A stretch of DNA of 64,000 nucleotides from Octopus sinensis (taxonomy: Eukaryota): positions 16,926,001-16,990,000 of the forward strand of contig NC_043025.1 in the NCBI RefSeq assembly GCF_006345805.1, given 5' to 3'. Below the pieces are notes generated by a model. The model searched no databases. It saw only the letters and a program-made list of their open reading frames with translations, and was not told the DNA's origin. Of the stretch, positions 29,151 to 43,500 are shown piece by piece. Position 1 is the stretch's first letter. Every line of letters begins with the position of its first letter. The position numbers and the translations under genes are program-made.

Positions 29151-32100
29151 AAGTACACATTTGAAATATTTTGACATTTTCTAACCTGAAAACTTTTGAG
29201 AATTTAGTGAGCTCTTGGATAAATATAAGCTTATTATCACTCATATAGCTCATATTTACCTAACAGATCACAAAATTTTTTTTTGTTTTTCAAGTACACA
29301 TTTGAAATATTTTGACATTTTCTAACCTGAAAACTTTTGAGAATTTAGTTATCTCTTGGATAAATATAAGCTTATTCACTCATATAGCTTATATTTACCG
29401 AACAGATCACAAAATTTTTTTGTTTTTCAAGTACACATTTGAAATTTTTAACATTTTCTAACTGAAAACTTTTGAGAATTTTGTGATCCTTTGATAATAT
29501 AAGCTTATTATCATTCATATAGCTTATATTACCTAACAGATCACAAATTTTTTTTGTTTTTCAAGTACATATTGAAATATTTTGACATTTTCTAACCTGA
29601 AAATTTTGAGAACTTAGTTATCTCTTGGATAAATATAAGCTTATTATCACTCATATAGCTTATATTTACCTCGCAGATCACAAATTTTTTTTGGTTTTTC
29701 AAGTACAAATTTGAAATATTTTGACATTTCTAACCTAAAAACTCCTGAGAATTTAGTGATCTCTTGGATAAATATAAGCTTATTATCACTCATATAGTTT
29801 ATCACAAGATTTGTTCTTATATTTCAAGTACACATTTGAAATATTTTGACATTTTCTACCTAAAAACATTTGAGAATTCAGTGATCTCTTGGATAAATAT
29901 ATGCTTATTATCACTCAGTTAACTTCAATTTACCTAATAGATCACAAAATTATTTTTTGTTTTTCAAGTACACATCTGAAATATTTTGACATTTTCTAAC
30001 CTGAAAACTTTTGACGATTTAGTGATCTCTTGGATAAATATAAGCTTATTATCACTTAGTTAACTTATATTTATCTAACAGATCAGAACATTTTTTTTTT
30101 GTTTTTCAAGTATACATTTGAAATATTTTGACATTTTCTAACCTGAAAACTTTTGAGAATTTAGTGATATCTTGGAAAATATAAGCTTATTATCACTCAT
30201 ATAGCTTATATTTACCTAACCGATCAGAAAATTTTTTTTTGTTTTTCAAGTACACATTTGAAATATTTTGACATTTTCTAACCTGAAAACTTTTGAGAAT
30301 TTAGTGATCTCTTGGAAAAATATAAGCTTATTATCACTCATATAGCTTATATTTACCTAACCGATCACAAAATTTTTTTTCGTTTTTCAAGGACACATTT
30401 GAAATATTTTGACATTTTGTCACCTGAAAACTTTTGAGAATTTAGTGATCTCTTGGAAAATATAAGCTTATTATCACTCATATAGCTTATATTTACCTAC
30501 GAGATTACAAAATTTTTTTTTTTTTTCAAATATTCATTTGAAATAATTTGACATTTTCTAACCTGAAAACGTTTGAGAATTTAGTGATCTCTTGGATAAA
30601 TATAAGCTTATTATCACTCATATAGCTTATATTTACCTACGAGATTACAAAATTTTTTTTGTTTTTCAAGTACACATATGAAATATTTTGACATTTTCTA
30701 ACCTCAAATGTTTTCACAATTTAGTGAACTCTTGGATAAATATAAGCTCATTATCAATCATATAGCTTATATTTACCTAACAGCTCACAAAATATTTTTT
30801 TGTTTTTCAAGTACACATTTGAAGTATTTTGACATTTTCTAACCTGAAAACTTTTGAGAATTTAGTGATCTCTTGGATAAATATTAGCTTATTATCTTTA
30901 TATAGCTTATATTCTCCTAAGAGACAACGAAATTTTTTTTTTTTTTCAAGTACACATTTGAAATATTTTGACATTTTCTAACATGAAAACTTTTGAGAAT
31001 TTAGTGATCTCTTGGATAAAATTAAGCTTCTTGTCACTCATATAGCTTATATTTACCTAACAGATCACAAAATGTTTTTTTTTTCAAGTACACATTTGAA
31101 ATATTATGACATGTTCTAACCTGAAAACTTTTGAGAATTAATGATTTCTTGGATAAATATAAGCTTATTATCACTCATATAGCTTATATTTTTTTAAGAG
31201 GCAACGAAAAGTTTTTTTTTTTTTCAAGTACACATTTGAAATATTTTGACATTTTCTAACCTGAAAACCTTTGAGAATTTAGTGATCTCTTAGTTAAATA
31301 TAAGCATATTATCACTCAGTTAACATATATTTACTCAACAGATCACGAAATTTCTTTCTGTTTTCAAGTACACATTTGAAATATTTTGACATTTTCTAAC
31401 CTGAAATCTTTTGAGAATTTAGTGATCTCTTGGATAAATATAAGCTATATGAGTGATAGTAAACTTATATTTATCCAAGAGATCACTAAATTAGCTTATG
31501 TTTACCTAAGAGATCACAAAATTTATTTTTGTTTTTCAAGTACACATTTGAAATATTTTGACATTTTGTATTCTGAAAACTTTTGACAATTTAGTGATCT
31601 CTTGTATAAATATAAGCTTATTATCACTCATAAAGCTTATAACAGATGACAAAATTTTTTTTTTGTTTTTCAAGTACACATTTGAAATATTTTGACATAT
31701 TCTAACCTGAACACTGTTGAGAATTTAGTGATTTCTTTGATAAATATAAGCTTATTATCACTCATGTAACTTATATTTAACTAACACATCAAAAATTTTT
31801 TTTTGTTGTTCAAGTACGCATTTGAAATAATTTGACATTTTCTAACCTGAAAACTTTTGAGAACTTAGTGATCTCTTGGATAAAAATAAGCTTATTGTCA
31901 CTCATATAGCTTATATTTACCTTCCAGATCACGAAATTTTTTTTTTTTTTTTTGAAGTACATATTTGAAATATTTTGACATTTTCTAACCTGAAAACATT
32001 TGAGAATTTAGTAATCTCTTGGATAAATATAAGCTTAATATCACTCGTATAGCTTATATTTACCAAACAGATCACAAATTTTTTTTTTTTATTCATGTAC

Positions 32101-35100
32101 ACATTTGAAATATTTTGAAATTTTCTAACCTGAAAACTTTTGAGAATTTTGTGGTCTCTTTGATAAATATAAGCTTATCCTCACTCATAGAGCTTATATT
32201 TACCTAAAGATCACAAATTTTTTTTTTCTTTTTCAAGTACACATGTGAAATATTTTGACATTTCATAACCTATAATCTTTTGAGAATTTAGTGATCTCTT
32301 GGATAAATATAAGCTTATTATCACTCATATAGCTTATATTTACCTAACAGAATACAAAATTTTTCTTTGTTTTTCAAATACACATTTGAAATATTTTGAC
32401 ATTTTCTAACCTGAAAACTTTTGAGAATTCATTGATCTCTTTGATAAATATCAGCTTATTATCACTCATATAGCTTATATTTACCTAACAGATCACCAAA
32501 TTCTTTTTTTTTTTTTCAAGTACACATTTGAAATATTTTGACATTTTCTAACCTCAAATGTTTCACAATTTAGTGAACTCTTGGATAAATATAAGCTCAT
32601 TATCAATCATATAGCTTATTTACCTAACAGCTCACAAAAATTATTTTTTGTTTTTCAAGTACACATTTGAAGTATTTGACATTTTCTAACCTGAAAACTT
32701 TTGAGAATTTAGTGATCTCTTGGATAAATATAGCTTATTATCTTTATATAGCTTATATTCTCCTAAGAGACCACGAATTTTTTTTTTTTTTTCAATACAC
32801 TTTCAAATATTTTGACATTTTCTAACATGAAACCTTTGAGAATTTAGTGATCTCTTGGATAAAATTAAGCTTCTTGTCACTCATATAGCTTATATTTACC
32901 TAACAGATCACAAAATGTTTTTTTTTTCAAGTACACATTTGAAATATTATGACATGTTCTAACCTGAAAACTTTTGAGAATTAATGATTTCTTGGATAAA
33001 TATAAGCTTATTATCACTCATATAGCTTATATTTTCCTAAGAGGCAACGAAATGTTTTTTTTTTTTCAAGTACACATTTGAAATATTTTGACATTTTCTA
33101 ACCTGAAAACCTTTGAGAATTTAGTGATCTCTTAGTTAAATATAAGCATATTATCACTCAGTTAACATATACTTACTCAACAGATCACGATATTTCTTTC
33201 TGTTTTCAAGTACAAATTTGAAATATTTTGACATTTTCTAACCTGAAATCTTTTGAGAATTTAGTGATCTCTTGGATAAATATAAGCTTATTATCACTCA
33301 TAAAGCTTATGTTTACCTAAGAGATCAAAAAATTTATTTTTGTTTTTCAAGTACACATTTGAAATATTTTGACATTTTCTAATCTGAAAACTTTTGAGAA
33401 TTTAGTGATCTCTTGTATAAATATAAGCTTATTATCATTCATAAAGCTTATATTTACATAACAGATCACAAAATTTTTTTTTGTTTTTCAAGTACACATT
33501 TGAAATATTTTGACATTTTCTAACAGGAAAACTTTTGAGAATTTAGTGATCTCTTGGATAAATATAAGTTTACTATCACTCATATAGCTTATATTTACCT
33601 AACAGATCACAAAATTTTTTTTTGTTTTTCAAGTACACATTTGAAATAATTTGACATTTTCTAACCTGAAAACTTTTGAGAATTTGGTGATCAGTTGGAA
33701 AATATAAGCTTATTATCACTCATATAGCTTATATTTACCTTATAGATCACAAAATTTTTTTTTTTTTCAAGTACACTTTTGAAATATTTTGACATTTTCT
33801 AACCTGAAAACCTTTGAGAATTTAGTGATTTCTTTGATAAATAAAAGCTTATTATCACTCATATAGCTTATACTTACCTAATAGATCAGAAATTTTTTTT
33901 TTGTTTATCAAGTACACATTTGAAATATTTTGACATTTTCTAACGTGAAATCTTTTGAGAATTTAGTGATCTCTTGGATAAATATAAGCTTCTTATCACT
34001 CATATAGCTTATAATTACCTAACAGACAACAACATTTTCTTTTGTTTTTCAAGTACACATTTGAAATATTTTGACATTATCTAACAGGAAAACTTTTGAA
34101 AATTTAGTGATCTCTTGGATAAATATAAGCTTATTATCACTTATATAGCTTATATTTTCCTAAGAGACAAGGCAATTTTTTTTTGGTTTTGAAGTACACA
34201 TTTGAAATATTTTGACAGTTTCTAACCTGAAAATTTTGAGAATTTAGTGATCTCTTGGAAAAATATAAGCTTATTATCTTTATATAGCTTATATTCTCAT
34301 AAGAGACAACGAAATATTTTGACATTTTCTAACATGAAAACTTTTGAGAATTTAGTGATCTCTTGGATAAATATAAGCATATTTTCACTTAGATAGCTTA
34401 TATTTTCCTAAGAGACAACGAATTTGTTTTTGTTTTTCCAGTACACATTTGAAATATTTTGACATTTTCTAACCTGAAAACTTTTGAGAATTTAGTGATC
34501 TCTTGGACAAGAGATCACAAAAAAAATATTTTGACATTTTCTAACCTGAAAACTTTTGAGAATTTGGTGATCTTTTGGATAAATATAAGCTTATTATCTC
34601 TCATATAGCTTATATTTACGTAACAGATCACAAAATTGTTTTTTGTTTTTAAGTACACATTTGAAATATTGTGGCATTTTCTAACCTGAAAACTTTTGAG
34701 AATTTAGTGATCTCTTGGATAAATATAAGCTTATTATCACTCATAGAGCTTATTCTTACCTAACAGATCATCAAATTTTTTTTTGTTTTTCAAGTACACA
34801 TTTGAAATATTTTGACAATTTCTAACATGAAAACTTTTGAGAATTTAGTGATCTCTTGGATAAACATAAGCTTATTATCAATCATATAGCTTATATTTAC
34901 CTCACAGATCACTAAATTTTTGTTTTCGTTTTTCAAGTACACATTTGAAATATTTTGAATTTTCTAACCTGAAAACTTTTGAGAATTTAGTGATCTCTTG
35001 GATAAATGTAAGCTTATTATCAGTCATATAGCTTATATTTACCTAACAGATCACTAAATTTTTTTTTTCGTTTTTCAAATACACATTCGAAATATTTTGA

Positions 35101-35480
35101 CATTTTCTAACCTGAAAAGTTTTGAGAATTTGGTGATCTCTTGGATAAATATAAGCTTATTATCACTCATATAGCTTATTCTTACCTAACAGATCACAAA
35201 TTTTTTTTTTGTTTTTCAAGTACACATTTGAAATATTTTGAAATTTTCTAACCTGAAAAGTTTTGAGAATTTGGTGATCTCTTGGATAAATATAAGCTTA
35301 TTATCACTCATATAGCTTATTCTTACCGAACAGATCACAAAATTTTTTTTTGTTTTTCAAGTACACATTTGAAATATTTTGACATTTTCTAACAGGCAAA
35401 CGTTTGAGAATTTAGTGATCTCTTGGATAAATATAAGCTTATTATCACTCATATAGCTTATATTTTCCTAAGAGACAAAA
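29150..35480 (+). repeat. Diverged monomeric domain with private variants, deletions and a ~1-kb duplication
   Basis: The HOR markers are lost and new variants appear (ttcctaagagacaacga, aacaggaaaac, acctcaaatgtttcacaattt). There are several truncated monomers (29810, 34311, 34510). Confidence 0.75.
31447..31492 (-). repeat. 46-nt inverted satellite patch replacing the hairpin loop of one monomer
   Basis: atatgagtgatagtaaacttatatttatccaagagatcactaaatt is the exact reverse complement of 33540-33585. It creates a perfect 29-bp inverted repeat (31416-31444 / 31464-31492). Confidence 0.92.
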
Positions 35481-37561
35481 AATATTTGTGATCTGTTAGG
35501 TAACTATAAGCTATATGAGTGATAATAAGCTTATATTTATCCAAGAGATCACTAAATTCTCAAAAGTTTTCAGGTTAGAAAATGTCAAAATATTTCAAAT
35601 GTGTACTTGAAAAACAAAAAAAAATTTCGTTGTCTCTTAGGAAAATATAAGCTATATGAGTGATAATAAGCTTATATTTATCCAAGAGATCACTAAATTC
35701 TCAAAAGTTTTCAGGTTAGAAAATGTCAAAATATTTCAAATGTGTACTTGAAAAACAAAAAAAAATTTTGTTGTCTGTTAGGTAATTATAAGCTATATGA
35801 GTGATAATAAGCTTATATTTATCCAAGAGATCACTAAATTCTCAAACGTTTTCAGGTTAGAAAATGTCAAAATATTTCAAATGTGTACTTGAAAAACAAA
35901 AAAAAATTTCGTTGACTCTTAGGAAAATATAAGCTATATGAGTGATAATAAGCTTATATTTATCCAAGAGATCACTAAATTCTCAAAAGTTTTCAGGTTA
36001 GAAAATGTCAAAATATTTCAAATGTGTACTTGAAAAACAAAAAAAAATTTTGTTGTCTGTTAGGTAAATATGAGCTATATGAGAGATAATAAGCTTATAT
36101 TTATCCAAGAGATACCTAAATTCTCAAAAGTTTTCAGTTTAGAAAATGTCAAAATATTTAAAATTTGTACTTGAAAAACAAAAAAAAATTTTGTTGTCTG
36201 TTAGCTAAATATAATCTAGATGAGTGATAATAAGCTTATATTTATCCAAGAGATCACCAAATTCTCAAAACTTTTCAGGTTAGAAAATTTCAAAATATTT
36301 CAAATGTGTACTTGAAAAACAAAAAAAAATTTTGTGATCTGTTAGGTAAATATAAGCTATATGAGTGATAATAAGCTTATATTTATCCAAGAGATCACTA
36401 AATTCTCAAAAGTTTTCAGGTTAGAAAATGTCAAAATATTTCAAATGTGTACTTGAAAAACAAAAAACAATTTTGTGATCTGTTAGGTAAATATAAGCTA
36501 TATGAGAGATAATAAGCTTATATTTATCCAAGAGATCACCAAATTCTCAAAAGTTTTCAGGTTAGAAAATGTCAAAATATTTCAAATGTGTACTTGAAAA
36601 ATAAAAAAAAATTTCGTTGTCTCTTAGGAAAATATAAGCTATATAAGTGATAATAAGCTTATATTTATCCAAGAGATCACTAAATTCTCAAAAGTTATCA
36701 GGTTAGAAAATGTCAAAATATTTCAAATGTGTACTTGAAAAACAAAAAAAATTTTGTTGTCTCTTAGGTTATTATAAGCTATATGAGTGATGATAAGCTT
36801 ATATTTATCCTAGAGATCACCAAATTCTCAAACGTTTTCAGGTTAGAAAATGTCAAAATATTTCAAAAGTGTACTTGAAATACAAAAAACAATTTTGAGA
36901 TCTGTAAGATAAATATAAGTTAACTGAGTAAATATAAGCTATATGAGTGATAATAAGCTTATATTTATCCAAGAGATCACTAAATTCTCAAAAGTTTTCA
37001 GGTTACAAGATGTCAAAATATTTCAAAAGTGTACTTGAAAAACAAAAAAAAATTTTGTGATCTGTTAGGTAAATATATGCTATATGAGTGATAGTAAGCT
37101 TATATTTAGCCAAGAGATCACTAAATTCTCAAAAGTTTTCAGGTTAGAAAATGTCAAAATATTTCAAATGTGTACCTGAAAAACAAAAAACAATTTTGTG
37201 ATGTCTTAGGAAAATATAAGCTATTTGAGTGATAATAAGCTTACATTTATCCAAGAGATCACTAAATTCTCAAAAGTTTTCAGGTTAGAAAATTCAAAAT
37301 ATTTCAAATGTGTACTTGAAAAACAAAAAAAAATTTGGGGACTGTTATGTAAATATAAGCTGTATGAGTGATAATAAGCGTATATTTACCCAAGAGATCA
37401 CTAAATTCTCAAACGTTTTCATGTTAGAAAATGTCAAAATATTTGAAATGTGTACTTGACAAACAAAAAACAATTTTGTGATCTGTTAGTTAAATATAAG
37501 CTATATGAGAGATAATAAGCTTATATTTATCGATGAGATCACTAAATTCTCAAAAGTTTTC
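35481..37561 (-). repeat. Inverted satellite block 1 (~2.1 kb, ~15 monomers)
   Basis: The sequence switches to the reverse-complement monomer (tttgtgatctgttagg..ctatatgagtgataataagcttatatttatccaagagatcactaaattctcaaaagttttcagg) after agagacaaaa at ~35480. It returns to forward orientation through a shared ttttc at 37557-37561. Confidence 0.97.
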
Positions 37562-40500
37562 TAACCTGAAGACGTTTCAGAATTTAGTGATCTCTTGGAT
37601 AAATATACGCTTATTATCACTCATATAGCTTATATTTACCTAAGAATCACAGAATTGTTTTTTGTTTTTCAAGTACACATTTGAAATATTTTGACATTCT
37701 CTAAACTGAAAACTTTTGAGAATTTAGTGATCTCTTGGATAAATATAAGCTTATTATCACTCATATAGCTTATATTTACCTAACAGACCACTAAATTTTT
37801 TTTTTCATTTTTCAAGTACACATTTGAAATATTTTGAATTTTGTAACCTGAAAACTTTTGAGAATTTAGTGATCTGTTGGATAAATATAAGCTTATTATC
37901 ACTCATATACCTTATATTTTCCTAAGAGATCAAAAAATTTTTTTTTGTCTTTTTAGTACACATTTGAAATATTTTGATATTTTCTAGCCCGAAAACTTTT
38001 GAGAATTTTGTGATCTCTGGGATAAATATAAGCTTATTATCATTCATATAGCTTATATTTTCCTAAGAGACAACGAAATTTTTTTTTGTTTTTCAAGTAC
38101 ACATTTGAAATATTTGACATTTTCTAACCTGAAAACTTTTGAGAATTTAGTGATCTCTTGGATAAATATAAGCTTATTATCACTCATATAGCTTATATTT
38201 ACCTATCAGATCACAAAATTTTTTTTTGTTTTTCAAGTACACATTTCAAATATTTTGACATTTTCTAACCTGAAAACTTTTGAGAATTTAGGGAACTCTT
38301 GGATAAATATAAGCTTATTATCACTCATATAGCTTATATTTACCTATCAGATCACAAAATTTTTTTTTGTTTTTCAAGTACACATTTGAAATATTTTGAC
38401 ATTTTCTAACCTGAAAACTTTTCAGAATTTAGTCATCTCTTGGAAAAATATAAGCTTATTATCATTTAGTTAACTTATATTTATCTAACAGATCACAAAA
38501 TTTTTTTTATTTTTTCAAGTACACATTAGAAATGTTTTGACATTTTCTAACCTGAAAACTTTTGAGAATTTAGTGATCTCTTGGATAAATATAAGCTTAT
38601 TATCAATCATATAGCTTATATTTACCTAACAGATCACAAAATTTTTTTTTGTTTTTCAAGTATACATTTGAAATATTTTGACAATTTCTAACCTGAAAAC
38701 ATTTTAGAATTTAGTGATCTCTTGGGTAAATATAAGCTTATTGTCACTCAGCTAACTTATATTTACTTTGTTGTTTTTCAAGTACACATTTGAAATATTT
38801 TGAGATTTTCTAACCTGAAAACTTTTGAGAATTTAGTGATCTCTTGGATAAATATTAGCTTATTATCACTCATATAGCTTATATTTACCTAACAGACAAC
38901 AAATTTTTTTTTTTTCCAAGTACACATATGAAATATTTTGACATTTTGTAACCTGAAATCTTTTGAGAATTTAGTGATCTCTTGGATAAATATAAGCTTA
39001 TTATCACTCATATAGCTTATATTTACCTAACAGATCACAAAATATTTTTTTGTTTTTCAAGTACACATTTGAAATATTTTCAGATTTTCTAACCTGAAAA
39101 CTTTTGAGAATTTAGTGATCTCTTGGATAAATATTAGCTTATTATCACTCATATAGCTTATATTTACCTCAGAGATCACAAAATTGTTTTTTGTTTTTCA
39201 AGTACACATTTGAAATACTTTGACAATTTCTAACCAGAAAACTTTTCAGAATTTAGTGATCTCTTGGATAAATATAAGCTTATTATCACTCATATAGCTT
39301 ATATTTACCTAACAGATCACAAATTTCTTTTTTGTTTTTCAAGTACTCATTTGAAATATTTTCACAATTTCTAACATGAAAACTTTTGAGAATTTAGTGA
39401 TCTCTTGGGTAAATATAAGCTTCCTATCACTCAGGTAACTTATATTTATCTAACAGATCACAAAATTTTTTTTTGTTTTTCAAGTACACATTCGAAATAT
39501 TTTGACATTTTCTAACCTGAAAAATTTTGAGAATTAAGTGATCTCTTGGATAAATATAAGATTATTATCACTCATATAGCTTATATTTACCTAACAGATC
39601 ACAAAATTTTTTTTTGTTTTTCAAGTACACATTTGAAATATTTTGACAACTTCTAAACCTGAAATCTTTTGAGAATTTAGAGATCTCTTGAATAAATAAT
39701 AGCATATTATCACACATATAGCTTATATTTACCTAATAGATCATAAAATTTTTTTTTTTTGTTTTTCAAGTACTATGAAATATTTTGACATTTTCTAACC
39801 TGAAAACTTTTGAGAAATAGTGATCTCTTGGATAAGTATTAGCTTATTATCACTTATATTTACTAACAGACAACAAATTTTTTTTTTTTTTTCAAGTACA
39901 AACACATTTGAGATAATTTGACATTTTCTAACCACTAAGAAAAACTTTTGAGAATTAAGTGATCTCTCGGATAATATAAGCTTATTATCACTCTCATAAG
40001 CTGATATTTACTTAAAAAATCACAAAATTTTTTTTTTTTTTTCAAGTACACATTTGAAATATTTTGACATTTTCTAACCTGAAAACTTTTGAGAATTGAG
40101 TGATCTCTTGGATAAAATTACTTATTATCACTCATAGCTTTATTTTACCTAACAGACAACACAAATTTTTTTTTTTTTTTTTCAGTACAACATTTGAAAT
40201 ATTTTGACATTTTCTAACCTGAAAACTTTTGAGAATTTAGTGATCTCTCTCTGGATAATATAAGCTTATTATCACTCATATAGCTTATATTTACCTAAAA
40301 GATCACAAATTTTTTTTTTGTTTTTCAAGTACACATTTGTAATATTTTGACTTTTTTTCACCTGAAAACTTTTGAGAATTTAGTGATCTCTTGGATAAAT
40401 ATAAGCTTATTATCACTCACATAGCATATATTTACCTAACAGACAAATAATTTTTTTTTTGTTTTTCAAGAACACATTTGAAATATTTTGACATTTTCTA

Positions 40501-43500
40501 ACCTGAAAACTTTTGAGAATTTAGGGAACTCTTGGATAAATATAAGCTTATTATCACTCATATAGCTTATATTTACCTATCAGATCACAATATTTTTTTT
40601 TTTTTTCAAGTACACATTTGAAATATTTTGACATTTTCTAACCTGAAAACCTTTGAGAATTTATTGAACTCTTGGATAAATATAAGCTTCTAATCACTCA
40701 TATAGCTTATATTTACCTAACAGATCACAAAATTTGGTTTTCTTTTTCAAGTACACATTGAAATATATTGACTTTTCTAACCTGAAAACTTTTGAGAATT
40801 TAGTGATCTCTTGGATAAATATAAGCTTATATCACTCATATAGCTTATATTACCTAACAGATCACAAAATTTTTATTTGTTTTTCAAGTACACATTTGAA
40901 ATATTTTGACAATATCTAACCTGAAAACGTTTGAGAATTTATTGATCTCTTGGATAAATATAAGCTTATTATCAATCATATAGCTTATATTTACCTAACA
41001 GATCACAAAATTTTTTTTTGTTTTTCAAGTACACATTTGAAATAATTTGACATTTTCTAACCTGAAAACTCTTGAGAATTTAGTGATCTCTTGGATAAAT
41101 ATAAGCTTATTATCACTCATATAGCTTATATTTACCTAACAGATCACAAAATTTTTTTTTGTTTTTCAAGTACATATTTGAAATATTTTGACAATTTCTA
41201 ATCTGACAACTTTTCAGAATTTAGTGATCTCTTGGATAAATATAAGCTTATTATCACTCATATAGCTTAAATTTACCTAACAGATCACAAAATTTTTTTT
41301 GTTTTTCAAGTACACATTTGAAATAATTTGACATATTCTAACCTGAAAACTTTTGAGAATTTAGTGATCTCTTCGATAAATATAAGCTTATTATCACTCA
41401 TATAGCTTAAACTTACCTAACAGATCACAAATTTCTTTTTTGTTTTTCAAGTACTCATTTGAAATATTTTCACAATTTCTAACCTGAAAACTTTTGAGAA
41501 TTTAGTGATCTCTTGGGTAAATATAAGCTTCTTATCACTCAGGTAACTTATATTTATCTGACAGATCACAAAATTTTTTTTTGTTTTTCAAGTACACAAT
41601 TCGAAATATTTTGGACATTTTTCTAACCTGAAAATTTTGAGAATTTAAAGAATCTCTTGAATAAATATAAGCATATTATCACACATATAGCTTATATTTA
41701 CCTAATAGATCACAAAATTTTTTTTTGTTTTTCAAGTACACATATGAAATATTTTGACATTTTCTAACCTGAAAACTTTTGAGAATATAGTGATCTCTTG
41801 GATAAGTATTAGCTTATTATCACTCATATAGCTTATATTTACCTAACAGACAACAAATTTTTTTTTTTTTTTCAAGTACACATTTGAGATATTTTGACAT
41901 TTTCTAACCTGAAAACTTTTGAGAATTAAGTGATCTCTCGGATAAATATAAGCTTATTATCACTCATATAGCTTATATTTACCTAAAAAATCACAAAATT
42001 TTTTTTTGTTTTTCAAGTACACATTTGAATTATTTTGACATTTTCTAACCTGAAAACTTTTGAGAATTGAGTGATCTCTTGGATAAATATTAGCTTATTA
42101 TCACTCATATAGCTTATATTTACCTAACAGACAACAAATTTTTTTTTTTCTCATACAACATTCAAATATTTTGACATTTTCTAACCTGAAAACTTTTGAG
42201 AATTTAGTGATCTCTCGGATAAATATAAGCTTATTATCACTCCTATAGCTTATATATACCTAAAAGAACAGAATTTTTTTTTTTTTTTTTCAAGTAAACA
42301 TTTGAAATATTTTGACATTTTCTAACCTGAAAACCTTTGAGAATTTAGTGATCTCTTGGATAAATATAAGCTTATAATCACTCATATAGCTTATATTTAC
42401 CTAACAGATCACAAAATTTGTTTTTGTTTTTCAAGTACACATTTGAAATATATTGACATTTTCTAACCTGAAAACTTTTGAGAATTTAGTGATCTCTTGG
42501 ATAAATATAAGCTTATTATCACTCATATAGCTTATATTTACCTAACAGATCACAAAATTTTTATTTGTTTTTCAAGTACACATTTGAAATATTTTGACAT
42601 TTTCTAACCTGAAAACTTTTGAGAATTTAGTGATCTCTTGGATAAATATAAGCTTATTATCACTCATATAGCTAATATTTACCTAACAGATCACAAATTT
42701 CTTTTTTGTTTTTCAAGTACTTATTTGAAATATTTTCACATTTTCTAACCTGAAAACTTTTGAGAATTTAGTGATCTCTTGGGTAAAAATAAGCTTATTA
42801 TAACTCAGTTAACTTATGTTTATCTAACAGATCACAAAATCTTTTTTGTTTTTCAAGTACACATTTGAAATATTTTGACATTTTCTAACCTGAAAACTTT
42901 TGAGAATTTAGTGATCTCTTGGATAAATATAAGCTTATTATCACTCATATAGCATATATTTACCTAACAGATCACAAAATATTTTTTTGGTTTTCAAGTA
43001 CACATTTGAAATATTTTGACAAATTCTAACCAGAAAACTTTTGAGAATTTAGTGATCTCTTGGATAAATATAAGCTTATTATCACTCATATAGTTTATAT
43101 TTACCTAACAGATCACAATATTTTTTTTTGTTTTTCAAGTACACATTTGAAATATTTTGACATTTTATAACCTGAAAACTTTTGAGAATTTAGTGATCTC
43201 TTGGATAAATATTAGCTTATTATCACTCATATAGCTTATATTTACCTAACAGATCACAATTTTTTTTTTGTTTTTCAAGTACACATTTGAAATATTTTGA
43301 CAATTTCTAACCTGAAAACTTTTGAGAATTTAGTGATCTCTTGAATAAATATAAGCTTATTATCACTCATATAGCTTATATTTACCTAACAGATCACAAA
43401 ATTTTTTTTTGTTTTTCAAGTACACATTTGAAATATTTTGAGATTTTCTAACCTGAAAACTGTTGAGAATTGAGTGATCTCTTGGATAAATATTAGCTTA

